A stretch of DNA of 64,000 bases from the NCBI GenBank assembly GCA_002938195.1, contig PTKX01000004.1, positions 5,794-69,793 of the forward strand, in the 5' to 3' direction. Below are positions 11,036-21,029 of the stretch, one piece after another. A model generated the notes under the pieces. It made no database searches and was not told where the DNA came from. It saw only the letters and a program-made list of their open reading frames with translations. Origin of the DNA: Alphaproteobacteria bacterium MarineAlpha5_Bin7. GTDB lineage: Bacteria; Pseudomonadota; Alphaproteobacteria; HIMB59; GCA-002718135. Numbering within the stretch: position 1 is the stretch's first letter; the number at the start of each line of letters is the position of its first letter. The translations under genes and the position numbers were made by a program.

Positions 11036-11049
11036 AGAAAGGAAAAATT

Positions 11050-11922
11050 ATGAGCGTTAGGAAAGTGTCTTTTATAGGATTAGGTGTAATGGGTTACCCA
11101 ATGGCAGGTTATCTTAAAAAAAATAATTATGAAGTAACAGTTTTTAATAGAACTTCTTCAAAGTCTGAAAAATGGGTTGATCAATTTCAAGGTTTATCTG
11201 AAAATACACCTGGTAAAGCATGTGTGAATTCAGAAATAGTATTCATTTGTGTAGGAAAAGATAGTGATTTACAAGAAGTTATGGAAGGAGAAGAAGGTAT
11301 TCTAAAAAATATTAATAATAATTCTATTATAGTTGATCATACAACTGCATCAGCAAATATTGCGAGAAAATATTTTGAAGAAAGTAAAAAGAAAAATATA
11401 CACTTTTTAGATGCCCCAATATCTGGAGGTCAAGCAGGAGCTGAAAATGGACAATTATCAGTTATGGTAGGAGGTGAAGAAGAGCCTTTTAGAAAAGCAA
11501 AACCTGTAATTTCAAGTTATTCTAAAGCAATAGAATTAATAGGTCCTTCTGGATCAGGACAATTAACAAAAATGGTTAATCAAATATGTATAGCAGGACT
11601 TGTGCAAGGATTGTCAGAAGCTATGGCTTTTGGAAAAAAATCTGATTTAGATATGGAAAAAGTTCTTAAAGTAATTTCTAAAGGAGCTGCTCAATCTTGG
11701 CAAATGGAAAATAGATATAGAACCATGCTTGATGGTAAGTTTGATTTTGGGTTTGCTGTAGATTGGATGAGAAAAGACTTATCAATATGCTTTGAAGAAG
11801 CAAATAAAAACGGTGCTAAATTGCCAGTAACTGAAATTGTGGATCAGTTTTATAGTAAAGTCCAATCAGCAGGAGGAAATAGGTTTGATACGTCATCATT
11901 AATGACACTTGTAGATGATTAA
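11050..11922 (+). CDS. NAD(P)-dependent oxidoreductase, 3-hydroxyisobutyrate dehydrogenase family
   Basis: 'FIGLGVMGYPMA' dinucleotide fold, 'DAPISGG', and 'GSGQLTKMVNQ'. An SD-like 'aaaggaaaa' lies upstream. Confidence 0.8.
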   Translation: MSVRKVSFIGLGVMGYPMAGYLKKNNYEVTVFNRTSSKSEKWVDQFQGLSENTPGKACVNSEIVFICVGKDSDLQEVMEGEEGILKNINNNSIIVDHTTASANIARKYFEESKKKNIHFLDAPISGGQAGAENGQLSVMVGGEEEPFRKAKPVISSYSKAIELIGPSGSGQLTKMVNQICIAGLVQGLSEAMAFGKKSDLDMEKVLKVISKGAAQSWQMENRYRTMLDGKFDFGFAVDWMRKDLSICFEEANKNGAKLPVTEIVDQFYSKVQSAGGNRFDTSSLMTLVDD

Positions 11923-11924
11923 AT

Positions 11925-12824
11925 ATGATGCAAAATAAAATTTTTCTTGCTTTTGTTTTACTTACTTTTTCAACACTTTTTTGGTCTGGGAATTTCCTTG
12001 TTGCAAAATTAGCGTATAATTCGTCTTTACCACCCCTTAAGCTAAGTTTTTTTAGATGGTTTATAGCTTTTTTAATCATTCTTCCATTTACTTATAGATC
12101 TATTTTTAAAAATATCTTTTTGATCAAAAAAAATTTAAAAATAATTATTTTTTTATCAGTTCTTAGTGTAGCCATCTTTAATTCTTTTACATATATTGCT
12201 ATGCAAAGTACTTTAGTAATTAATGCATCATTAATGGGATCTATAGCACCACTATTTATTTTATTTTTTTCATTTATTATCTTTAAAAATAAAACAAATT
12301 TTTTCCAATTTTTTGGAATAATTTTATCTATTATTGGAGTATCCTGCATTGTTTTGAAGGGTGATGTAAATAATCTTATATATCTTAATTTTACTCCTGG
12401 AGATCTATGGATGTTAATTGCAGTTATGGCATGGGCTTTATATTCAGTAATGTTAAAAAAATTAGATATCAATCTTCCACAAATCACCACATTATCAGTT
12501 ATGATATTTTTTGGTTTAATTTTTATATTCCCTTTTTATATCTATGAATCTATAACTTATGATTTTTTACCCATGAAAATCTCAGATTTATTTATGATTT
12601 TTTATGTTGCAATCTTTGCTGGAATTTTTTCTTATTTATTTTGGAATAAAGGAGTGTCAATTATAGGAGCTAATAGATCTGGAGTTTTTTTACATTTAAT
12701 TCCTTTTTTTAGTGCAATATGGGCTATTACATTTCTTAATGAAGCTTTTGCTATATACCACATATTTGGTATAATTTTTATAGCAATTGGAATATTGTTT
12801 GCTAATAAAAAAGTTAATTTATGA
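11925..12824 (+). CDS. DMT-superfamily (EamA-type) permease
   Basis: About 10 predicted TM helices in a duplicated EamA-like pattern; 299 aa. Confidence 0.75.
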   Translation: MMQNKIFLAFVLLTFSTLFWSGNFLVAKLAYNSSLPPLKLSFFRWFIAFLIILPFTYRSIFKNIFLIKKNLKIIIFLSVLSVAIFNSFTYIAMQSTLVINASLMGSIAPLFILFFSFIIFKNKTNFFQFFGIILSIIGVSCIVLKGDVNNLIYLNFTPGDLWMLIAVMAWALYSVMLKKLDINLPQITTLSVMIFFGLIFIFPFYIYESITYDFLPMKISDLFMIFYVAIFAGIFSYLFWNKGVSIIGANRSGVFLHLIPFFSAIWAITFLNEAFAIYHIFGIIFIAIGILFANKKVNL

Positions 12825-13216
12825 AAAAAATAATTAAAACTGATGATGAATGGAAAAAATTGCTTAATGAAAATGAGTTTTTAGTTACAAGAAAAAAAGG
12901 TACTGAACCAGCTTTTTCTGGCAAATCCTTTGATCCAAATAAATATGGTTATTTCAAATGTGTTTGTTGTAATACTATTTTATTTGAAAGTAATTCAAAG
13001 TATGAATCAGGATCAGGATGGCCGAGTTTCTTTGAACCTTATTTAAAAGAATCTATTAAAGAATTATCTGATCACTCTCTAGGAATGAAAAGAATTGAAG
13101 TACTTTGTAATGTTTGTGATGCTCATTTAGGTCACGTTTTTGATGATGGTCCTAAACCTACTGGTCTTAGGTATTGTATAAATTCTCTATCATTAAAATT
13201 TGATGAAATTAAATAA
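12821..13216 (+). CDS. msrB: peptide-methionine (R)-S-oxide reductase
   Basis: Two Cys pairs ('CVCC', 'CNVC'), 'GWPSF', and the catalytic 'RYCINS'. Confidence 0.92.
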   Translation: MKKIIKTDDEWKKLLNENEFLVTRKKGTEPAFSGKSFDPNKYGYFKCVCCNTILFESNSKYESGSGWPSFFEPYLKESIKELSDHSLGMKRIEVLCNVCDAHLGHVFDDGPKPTGLRYCINSLSLKFDEIK

Positions 13217-14387
13217 TTCTATTTTAACAATTGTATTTTCATCCATAGGTCATGCATTCATGCACATGTTTGCGGCATTTTATTTTGTCATAGTATTAAC
13301 AATAGAAAAGGAATGGTCTTTTAATTATGATGAATTAATTGCTCTTTGGACTATGGGGGCATTATTAATTGGATTAGGCGCAGTTCCTGCTGGATGGTTA
13401 AGCGATAGGTGGAGCAGATCAAGTATGATGGTTATAATGTTTTTAGGAATGGGTATGTCATCTATTTTGTGTGGTTTAAGTAATGAAAAATTTTCTTTAT
13501 TTGTTGGTTTATCATTACTTGGATTAGCATGTTCTATATATCATCCTGTTGGAATTGCCTGGGTAGTTAATTCCTCTTTAAAAAAAGGAAAAGCGCTAGG
13601 TATTAACGGTATTTTTGGAGGAGTAGGAATTGGTTCCGGTACTTTTGTAGCAGGATTACTTATTAAATACTTTAATTGGAAAATTGCATTTATATTACCT
13701 GGTGTAATTTCAATTATTATTGGAATTATTCTTTTTATTTGTATCTCTAAAAATTATATAAATTTTGAAAATACTAGTTCACACAAATTAAAAGATAGTA
13801 ATTTTTCCAATAATTTGATTCTTATTGCAGTTATAATGTTATTTTCTATGTTTGGATTAGGATTAACATTTCAAATAATGCAAACTTCTTTACCCAAGGT
13901 TTTTGAAATTAGAATTGAAAATATTTCTACATTTGCAATCGGAACAATTATTGGAGTAATATACGCTATTGCTGGATTAATGACATTAATTGGAGGATTG
14001 TTAGCAGATAAATTTTCATTAAAAAAAATTTATATAATTGGAATTTTTGCCCAAGTTCCATGTTTTTTTTTCATAGCTACTTTTACTGACTTTTCTCTCA
14101 TTTTTGTGACTTTAATAGCGGCAATGTTTAACTCTAGTATTTTACCTACAGAGAATATTTTACTTGCTAAATTTACACCTGATAAACATCATGGCTTAAT
14201 ATATGGTTTAAAATTTATTGTAGCTTTTGGAGCAGGGCCTATAGCGGTATTTTTAATTTCTAAAATTTACGAACAAACTCAAGAATTTACAAATCTTTTT
14301 TATATCAGCTCATTTATGATGCTACTTGTATCAGTGTCAGTTATATTTTTGCCAGTAGGTAATAAAAAACTTAATTTTACTAATTAG
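13203..14387 (+). CDS. MFS transporter
   Basis: About 12 TM helices and an MFS loop motif 'GWLSDRWSR'. The ATG at 13203 overlaps the msrB end by 14 nt. Confidence 0.75.
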   Translation: MKLNNSILTIVFSSIGHAFMHMFAAFYFVIVLTIEKEWSFNYDELIALWTMGALLIGLGAVPAGWLSDRWSRSSMMVIMFLGMGMSSILCGLSNEKFSLFVGLSLLGLACSIYHPVGIAWVVNSSLKKGKALGINGIFGGVGIGSGTFVAGLLIKYFNWKIAFILPGVISIIIGIILFICISKNYINFENTSSHKLKDSNFSNNLILIAVIMLFSMFGLGLTFQIMQTSLPKVFEIRIENISTFAIGTIIGVIYAIAGLMTLIGGLLADKFSLKKIYIIGIFAQVPCFFFIATFTDFSLIFVTLIAAMFNSSILPTENILLAKFTPDKHHGLIYGLKFIVAFGAGPIAVFLISKIYEQTQEFTNLFYISSFMMLLVSVSVIFLPVGNKKLNFTN

Positions 14388-14607
14388 GGTTTTCTTTTAG
14401 GAATTCTATATAATCTAATACTTCTTCATATTTATCATCTGGTAAGTCTTTATAGGAACTATTAAATTTATTTTTTATTTCTAAAGCAACATGAGCGTAC
14501 GGATTTCTTCCTTTTGGATGATTAGGATGTTCTGGAAGCTTGTCTTGCAAATAATCCCCAGCTTGCAGAATAATTTTCCAGAGTTTACTTGCATTTTCTT
14601 TGTTCAT
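14380..14607 (-). CDS. hypothetical protein (75 aa, soluble, charged)
   Basis: An ORF co-directional with topA and 57 nt downstream of it. I recognise no family. Its 3' end overlaps the convergent MFS gene by 8 nt. Confidence 0.5.
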   Translation of the reverse strand: MNKENASKLWKIILQAGDYLQDKLPEHPNHPKGRNPYAHVALEIKNKFNSSYKDLPDDKYEEVLDYIEFLKENPN

Positions 14608-14664
14608 ATAGCAATAAACATTTTTTGATTTTAAAAAGTTCTAGTTCTGTTGAACTAAGCTAGT

Positions 14665-17181
14665 TTATTTTTTTTTCTTTTTTTTTATTTTATTTTTTCT
14701 ATCATTGATTAATTCAATCGCTAATTCTAAAGTTATATTATCGATAGTTTGTTCACCTATTAAAGAAGCCATTATTTTTCCACACTTGACATATGGTCCG
14801 TATTTTCCTTCATGTACAGTTATGTCTTTGTTTTCTGAAGAATGTGAACCTAAAGTTTTAAGTATTGGATTTCCAAACTGAGCTTTTGGTTTTTTTAAAA
14901 TTTCTAAAGCTCTCTCAAATGTAATATCAAGAATATTATCATCTTTTTCTAAGGCTCTATACTGTTGATTATGTAGTATATAAGGCCCATACATTCCTAT
15001 TCCTGCACTAATAACTTTATCATTTTCAGGATTTTTACCCAATCTTCTTGGTAATGATAATAATTGAATTGCAGTATTTACTCCTATTTCTTCTGGTTCA
15101 AAGTTTTTTGGTATAGACACTCTTTTAGGTTTTTTTTCTTTAGTGCCTTCACCTAATTGCATATAGAACCCATAAGGACCTTTCCTTAATGTAATCATTT
15201 CTCTAGTTTCAGGATAAATTCCTATCTCTTTAGGTCCAGTAAGAGTCCCATTTCTAGAATCATTTAATTGGCTGAATTGAATTGTGTATTTACATTCTGG
15301 ATAATTAGAACAACCAACAAATCCTCCAAACTTACCAACTTTTAGTCCTAACCGTCCATTATCACAAGTGGGACATTTTCTATCTTTATCCTCTCCCTTA
15401 GGAGGAAAGAAATGAGGTCCGAGTGAGTTGTCTATAACATCTATTATTTCTCTGTTAGATTTGCCCACTGTATCATCACATAAATTTTTAAAAGTTTGCC
15501 AAAAATTTTGGATAACTTCTCGCCAATTTAATTTTCCATCAGAAATTTCATCTAATTGATTTTCTAAGTCTGCAGTAAAATCATACTCAACATATTTATT
15601 AAAATAATTTTCTAGGAAAATTGATACTACGCGACCTCTGTCATGTGGAACAAATCTTTTTTTATCTAAAATAACATAGTCTCTATCTTGAAGCACTCTA
15701 ATAATTGAAGCATAGGTGGAAGGTCTGCCTATTCCAAGTTCTTCAAGTTTTTTGACTAAGCTTGCTTCAGTATAGCGAGGAGGGGGTAGGGTAAAGTGTT
15801 GTTTTTTTTCGGAATTAATAAGATTTAATAAATCTTTTTCATCTAATATTGGTAAATTACTGTTTTGATTATTATTACTTTCATCCTCATCTTTTGCTTC
15901 AGAGTAAACTGATAACATTCCTTTGAATTTGATCGATGAACCATTAGCTCTAAATATTATATTATTTTCATTATTTTTTATATCTACTGCAACTTGATCA
16001 ATAATTGCACTTGCCATTTGTGATGAAACAGCTCTCTGCCATATTATTTCATATAGTTTAAATTCATCAGCATTAAGATTATTTTTAATTTTTTGAGGTG
16101 AAAGAGAAATGATAGTAGGACGAATACATTCATGTGCTTCTTGAGCATTTTTTGCCTTAGATTTATATACTCTCGGTTCATTTGGTAAATATTCTTTTCC
16201 TAAGTTAGTTTTGACATATTCTCTTACTTCTTCTATCGCAGAACTTGCCATCATTACACTATCAGTTCTCATATAAGTAATTAAACCTGTTGGCTCTCCA
16301 TCAATTGTTGTGCCTTCATATAATTTTTGAGCTGTACGCATTGTTTGGTTAGCAGAAAAACCTAATTTTCTATTTGCTTCTATTTGTAAAGTGGAAGTAG
16401 TAAAAGCAGGATATGGATTTCTTTTTGTTTCCTTTTTTTCTACTTTACTAACGTAAAAAGAACTTTTATTTATTAATTCTATTTTATTTTTAGCTGAATT
16501 TTTATCTTTAATTGTTAATTTATCTATTTTTTCATCTTTAAAATTAATCAACCTAGCCTCAAAATTATTATCATTTTTTTTGTTAAATATCCCTTTTATT
16601 GACCAATATTCTTCTGGGTTGAATTTTTCAATTTCAAGCTCTCTTTTGGTTATTATTTTTAAAGCTACAGATTGGACTCTTCCTGCAGATTTACTTCCAG
16701 GTAATTTACGCCATAAAACTGGAGATAAATTAAAGCCTACTAAAAAATCAAGAGCTCTTCTTGCTAGATAAGCATTTACCAGATTTTCATCAATTTTTCT
16801 TGGTTCTTTTAAAGCCTCTAGAACAGCATTTTTTGTTATTTCATTAAACGTAATTCTTTGAATATTTACTTTTTCTAATTTAGGATTTTCTCTTAACATG
16901 TTCTCTACATGCCAAGCTATTGCTTCACCTTCTCTATCTGGATCAGTTGCTAAATATAAATTTTCTGAATTTTTAGCAGCATCAGTAATATCTTTAATTA
17001 CTTTTTTACCTCTGTCACTGATTTCCCATTTCATGTTGAAATTATTCTCTGTATCAATTGCATCATTTTTTGGAGATAAATCTCTTACGTGCCCAATACT
17101 TGCTAGAACCTTGAAAGAATTTCCTAGGTATTTATTTATTGATTTAGCCTTTGATGGCGACTCTACAATTAATACATTCAT
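14665..17181 (-). CDS. topA: DNA topoisomerase I
   Basis: Toprim motifs 'VESPSKAK' and 'DPDREGE', and the active-site 'YMRTDS'. There is one 4-Cys zinc ribbon, then Cys-less 'G-YGPY' repeats and a poly-Lys tail. Confidence 0.95.
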   Translation of the reverse strand: MNVLIVESPSKAKSINKYLGNSFKVLASIGHVRDLSPKNDAIDTENNFNMKWEISDRGKKVIKDITDAAKNSENLYLATDPDREGEAIAWHVENMLRENPKLEKVNIQRITFNEITKNAVLEALKEPRKIDENLVNAYLARRALDFLVGFNLSPVLWRKLPGSKSAGRVQSVALKIITKRELEIEKFNPEEYWSIKGIFNKKNDNNFEARLINFKDEKIDKLTIKDKNSAKNKIELINKSSFYVSKVEKKETKRNPYPAFTTSTLQIEANRKLGFSANQTMRTAQKLYEGTTIDGEPTGLITYMRTDSVMMASSAIEEVREYVKTNLGKEYLPNEPRVYKSKAKNAQEAHECIRPTIISLSPQKIKNNLNADEFKLYEIIWQRAVSSQMASAIIDQVAVDIKNNENNIIFRANGSSIKFKGMLSVYSEAKDEDESNNNQNSNLPILDEKDLLNLINSEKKQHFTLPPPRYTEASLVKKLEELGIGRPSTYASIIRVLQDRDYVILDKKRFVPHDRGRVVSIFLENYFNKYVEYDFTADLENQLDEISDGKLNWREVIQNFWQTFKNLCDDTVGKSNREIIDVIDNSLGPHFFPPKGEDKDRKCPTCDNGRLGLKVGKFGGFVGCSNYPECKYTIQFSQLNDSRNGTLTGPKEIGIYPETREMITLRKGPYGFYMQLGEGTKEKKPKRVSIPKNFEPEEIGVNTAIQLLSLPRRLGKNPENDKVISAGIGMYGPYILHNQQYRALEKDDNILDITFERALEILKKPKAQFGNPILKTLGSHSSENKDITVHEGKYGPYVKCGKIMASLIGEQTIDNITLELAIELINDRKNKIKKKKKK

Positions 17182-17259
17182 ATTTAAACTTTGCTCAACT
17201 ACAATTTAATAGATTAAGTCGTCAACTGTTTTAAAGAAAAACTATATTTTTCAATAAAT

Positions 17260-17904
17260 TTAGAATCTAATTTTATTTTCAGTTTTGTTAAAAAGTCTTA
17301 CAATATTGGAAAAATGCTTGGCAATAATTATACAGCTAATAATAATTATTATTAAAGAAATTAGATGATTTAAAAAAAATAAACTATAAAAAATAACTAA
17401 TACGCAGGATAAAATTGACGATAATGAGGAATATCTTGCTAGCATTGCAACAATAAACCAACAAACAATGAATATTAAACCAATAATAACATTAATTGCA
17501 AACAATACTCCTATAAATGTAGCTACTCCTTTTCCACCCTTAAATTTTAACCAAATAGGAAATATATGTCCTAAAATAATAAATAAACCTAATATGGAAA
17601 TAAAAAGAAAATCATTTGATTGGAAAATATATGGAAAAAAAAATAATGGAAAAAAACCTTTAGAAATGTCTAATAATAAAACAATTAGAGCTAAAACTTT
17701 ATTTCCAGTTCTCAAAACATTTGTAGCTCCAATATTACCTGATCCTATTTTTCTTATATCTCCAAATCCAAATAATTTAGTTAAAATAAAAGCAAAAGGT
17801 ATTGATCCGATTAAATAGGCGCCGATATATGTAATAAGAATAGAAAAATCAGTAGAAGAAGATACAAATATCCATTGATAAGCAACATTAATTGCATCAA
17901 GCAT
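17260..17904 (-). CDS. plsY: glycerol-3-phosphate acyltransferase (acyl-phosphate dependent)
   Basis: 'GSIPF' and 'GSGNIGATN' motifs in a polytopic membrane protein. Confidence 0.88.
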   Translation of the reverse strand: MLDAINVAYQWIFVSSSTDFSILITYIGAYLIGSIPFAFILTKLFGFGDIRKIGSGNIGATNVLRTGNKVLALIVLLLDISKGFFPLFFFPYIFQSNDFLFISILGLFIILGHIFPIWLKFKGGKGVATFIGVLFAINVIIGLIFIVCWFIVAMLARYSSLSSILSCVLVIFYSLFFLNHLISLIIIIISCIIIAKHFSNIVRLFNKTENKIRF

Positions 17905-17905
17905 T

Positions 17906-18838
17906 TTAATCTCTATTATTTATTAATATTTCTAAACAAGCCATACGGATTGCTACTCCCATCGTTACTTGCTCTTGTATTAAACTTCTTGTTATATCAT
18001 CAGCTAATTTAGACTCAATTTCCACCTCTCTGTTCATAGGTCCAGGATGCATAACAAAAGCATTTTTTTTGGCATATGATAATTTTTTATAATCAAGTCC
18101 ATATTTTTCAAAATATATTTTTTCATTAGGTACATGTTTTGTTATAATTCTTTCCTTTTGAATTCTTAGCATCATAACAATATCACAGTTTTTAAGTCCA
18201 CTTTTCATATCATTAAAAATATTTACTTTTTTTATACTATTAGGAATGAGGGATTTAGGTCCTACAACATTAATTTTTGATCCTAATTTTGAAAGCATTT
18301 CAATATTTGATCTAGCTACTCTGCTATGCAAAATATCTCCACAAATTGCTATTTTTAATTTTTTAAATTCACCAAATCTTTTTTTAATTGTTAATGCATC
18401 AAGTAAAGCCTGAGTAGGATGTTCATAACTTCCATCACCAGCATTAATAACACAGGCATTAACAATTTTTGATATTTTTTTACTGATGCCTTCTTCAGGA
18501 TGTCTAACAATTAAAACATCAGGGGACATAGAGTTTATTGTGGTCATAGTATCAAGCAATGTTTCTCCTTTATTAATTGAGCTATCTTTAACTGATACAT
18601 TTATTAAATCAGCTCCTAACCTTTTAGCTGCAACTTCAAAGCTGGTTCTAGTTCTTGTAGAATCTTCAAAAAATAAATTAAAAATTGTCCTTCCTTTGAG
18701 TGTATTCAATTTTTTTAATTTTTTTTTATTAAATTTTATATATTTTTCTGATTCATTTAAAAAACACTCAATATCTTTTTTTGTTAATTCTTTTGATTCG
18801 ATTAAATGTTTGTTTTTATAGCAAAATTTATTTTTCAT
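17906..18838 (-). CDS. pyrB: aspartate carbamoyltransferase catalytic subunit
   Basis: 'STRTRTSFE', 'HPTQALLD' and 'HPGP' motifs. Confidence 0.93.
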   Translation of the reverse strand: MKNKFCYKNKHLIESKELTKKDIECFLNESEKYIKFNKKKLKKLNTLKGRTIFNLFFEDSTRTRTSFEVAAKRLGADLINVSVKDSSINKGETLLDTMTTINSMSPDVLIVRHPEEGISKKISKIVNACVINAGDGSYEHPTQALLDALTIKKRFGEFKKLKIAICGDILHSRVARSNIEMLSKLGSKINVVGPKSLIPNSIKKVNIFNDMKSGLKNCDIVMMLRIQKERIITKHVPNEKIYFEKYGLDYKKLSYAKKNAFVMHPGPMNREVEIESKLADDITRSLIQEQVTMGVAIRMACLEILINNRD

Positions 18839-18844
18839 AAAAAT

Positions 18845-19297
18845 TTAATTATTTTTAGCATTATCAAGAAAACCTTGGAGTATATAACTTGCGGCGAGAT
18901 GATCAATTTTTTTCTTGATTTTGTTTGATGATAAAGAATTTTTCCTCAATTCTTTATAAATGACATCTGTTGAGAATCTCTCATCATAGAATGTGGTTTT
19001 AATAACTTTATTTAAATATTTTGAAAAATCTCTAACTTTAATAGTTCTCTTATTCTCATTTCCATCTAAACTTAATGGCAAGCCAATTACTGCCCCTCCA
19101 ACATTATACTCGTTTATAATTTTTGATAAACTTTTGATATCTTTAGATATACTTTCTCTTTTTAATGTAAGTACAGGAGTTGCTATGGTTTTTGTCATGT
19201 CACTAATCGCCAAACCAATTGTTTTGTCACCAAAATCTAGACCTATAAGGGTTTGTGATGTATTAAGCTTTTTAATAAAATCACTAGGCTTAGTCAT
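18845..19297 (-). CDS. ruvX: Holliday junction resolvase-like nuclease RuvX/YqgF
   Basis: 'LIGLDFGDKTIGLAISD' motif. I prefer the internal ATG at 19297, because the 19342 start would overlap gatC. Confidence 0.8.
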   Translation of the reverse strand: MTKPSDFIKKLNTSQTLIGLDFGDKTIGLAISDMTKTIATPVLTLKRESISKDIKSLSKIINEYNVGGAVIGLPLSLDGNENKRTIKVRDFSKYLNKVIKTTFYDERFSTDVIYKELRKNSLSSNKIKKKIDHLAASYILQGFLDNAKNN

Positions 19298-19317
19298 AAA
19301 AGTATAAGGTATATAAA

Positions 19318-19605
19318 TTGAAGATTGATAAAAATACAACACAAAAGATAGCTCGATTATGCAAGTTAAGGGTTAATAATGAAGAGATAGAAGAGTTATC
19401 TCTTCAATTAAGTTCAATTTTAGATTGGGTCGAGCAATTAAATGAGGTTAATACTGAAGATATTGAGCCTCTAAGTAGTGTAAGTACAGAAAATCTTCCT
19501 CTTAGAAAGGATGAAGAAAGCAAAAAAGATTTATCAAAAGAAATACTATCAAACTCACCAGAAAATTTAGAAAATTTTTTTGTAGTACCTAAGGTGGTAG
19601 AGTAA
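19318..19605 (+). CDS. gatC: Asp/Glu-tRNA amidotransferase subunit C
   Basis: TTG start, 95 aa, N-terminus 'IDKNTTQKIARLCKL' typical of GatC, and a 1-nt overlap with gatA. Confidence 0.85.
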   Translation: MKIDKNTTQKIARLCKLRVNNEEIEELSLQLSSILDWVEQLNEVNTEDIEPLSSVSTENLPLRKDEESKKDLSKEILSNSPENLENFFVVPKVVE

Positions 19606-21029
19606 TGAAAAATCAATCTATTAGCGATACTTTAAAATTAATAAAAAGCAAAAAAATTTCAATTAAAGAATTATCAAATAATTACATAAATGAAATTAAC
19701 AAAAATAAAGATCTTAACGCATTTATATATTTCAACGAAGAAAAAATTTTAGAGCGTGCTGAAAAACTTGATAATATGAAAGAAGATCTTCCTTTAAAAG
19801 GAATTCCATTAGGAATTAAAGATCTTTTTTGTACAAAAAATATGCCTACAACTGCAGGTTCAAAGATTCTAAGTAATTTTCAACCAACTTATGAATCTTT
19901 TGTAACAAAAAAGTTGCTTAATTCCGGCGCATTATTTTTGGGTAAAACAAATTTGGATGAATTTGCTATGGGCTCATCAACTACAACTAGTTTTTTTGGA
20001 AATACAATTAATCCAGTTTCTTCTGAAAATAAAAAACTTGTTCCGGGAGGTTCATCTGGAGGATCCGCAGCAGCAGTAGCGGCTAATTTATGTTTAGGGG
20101 CCACAGGAACTGATACTGGAGGGTCAATAAGGCAACCAGCAAGTTTTTGCGGAGTTATAGGTATGAAGCCAACGTATGGTTTATGTTCCAGATGGGGAAT
20201 AATAGCCTTTTCGTCAAGCTTAGATCAAGCAGGTATATTTGCTAACAACATTCAAGATGCGTCAATTCTTATGTATGAAATGGCTGGTTATGATCCAAAC
20301 GATAGTACAAGCTCCAATGTAGAAATCCCAAAATATCATGATAATTTAAATTCAAATGTAGATGGTAAAATAATTGGCATACCAGAAGAATACTCCTTAC
20401 CAGGGATATCTGATGAAATAAATCAAGTATGGGATAAAGCAATCAAGGTATTTGAAAAAGGAGGTGCAAAAATTAAAAAAATTAAATTGCCACATACTAA
20501 ATATGCTTTACCAGCTTATTATATTATCGCTCCTGCCGAAGCATCTTCAAATTTAGCTCGTTACGATGGAGTAAAATATGGCTTTAGATCAGAAAATATT
20601 AGTTCTTTGGAAGAAATGTATGAGCTTACTAGAAGTGAAGGCTTTGGAAAAGAAGTTAAAAGAAGAATACTGATAGGCACATATGTATTATCAGCAGGAT
20701 ATTATGATGCTTATTATATAAAAGCACAAAAAGTCAGAAAATTAATTTCTAATGATTTTAGAGATGCTTTTAAAGAATGTGATTTCATTTTAACTCCAAC
20801 AACGCCAAGTCCTGCTTTTCCTATAGGAGAAAAAGAAGATGACCCAATAAAAATGTATTTAAATGACATATTTACCGTTCCGGCTTCTTTGGCAGGATTG
20901 CCAGGTATTTCCATTCCATATGGCACTTCTAAAGAAGGTCTACCTCTTGGAGTTCAGATATTATCTAAACACTTTAATGAACAAGAAATTTTCAATGCTG
21001 GTTATTATTTAGAGCAAAATAATGAATAA
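19605..21029 (+). CDS. gatA: Asp/Glu-tRNA amidotransferase subunit A
   Basis: Amidase signature '[13 protein letters not shown]...[12 protein letters not shown]'. Confidence 0.95.
   Translation: MKNQSISDTLKLIKSKKISIKELSNNYINEINKNKDLNAFIYFNEEKILERAEKLDNMKEDLPLKGIPLGIKDLFCTKNMPTTAGSKILSNFQPTYESFVTKKLLNSGALFLGKTNLDEFAMGSSTTTSFFGNTINPVSSENKKLVPGGSSGGSAAAVAANLCLGATGTDTGGSIRQPASFCGVIGMKPTYGLCSRWGIIAFSSSLDQAGIFANNIQDASILMYEMAGYDPNDSTSSNVEIPKYHDNLNSNVDGKIIGIPEEYSLPGISDEINQVWDKAIKVFEKGGAKIKKIKLPHTKYALPAYYIIAPAEASSNLARYDGVKYGFRSENISSLEEMYELTRSEGFGKEVKRRILIGTYVLSAGYYDAYYIKAQKVRKLISNDFRDAFKECDFILTPTTPSPAFPIGEKEDDPIKMYLNDIFTVPASLAGLPGISIPYGTSKEGLPLGVQILSKHFNEQEIFNAGYYLEQNNE

Noticed and set aside
12092-12490. 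A 132-aa ORF antisense to the EamA permease gene. Many similar antisense or shadow ORFs appear in the track: 3209-3493, 4186-4437, 7681-7890, 9550-9807, 11816-12079, 16580-16771, 16898-17209, 17468-17818, 18486-18821, 18993-19307, 19404-19616, 19889-20104, 20714-20926, 21459-21641, 27548-27790, 29927-30139, 30339-30563, 34479-34733, 36249-36467, 36795-37136, 37309-37680, 40039-40350, 42975-43202, 44502-44732, 47207-47434, 47996-48178, 54036-54404, 55306-55494, 58656-58904, 58684-58893 and 59862-60059.
   Set aside because: Each lies entirely or largely opposite a confidently recognised gene. They have low-complexity or Ile/Phe/Leu/Ser-rich translations typical of the antisense frame, and I recognise no motifs. 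They are best explained as shadow ORFs.
14664-14700. A long T-rich run that looks like a terminator tail.
   Set aside because: It is the reverse complement of the codons for the topA C-terminal poly-lysine tail (RKNKIKKKKKK*) and is not intergenic.
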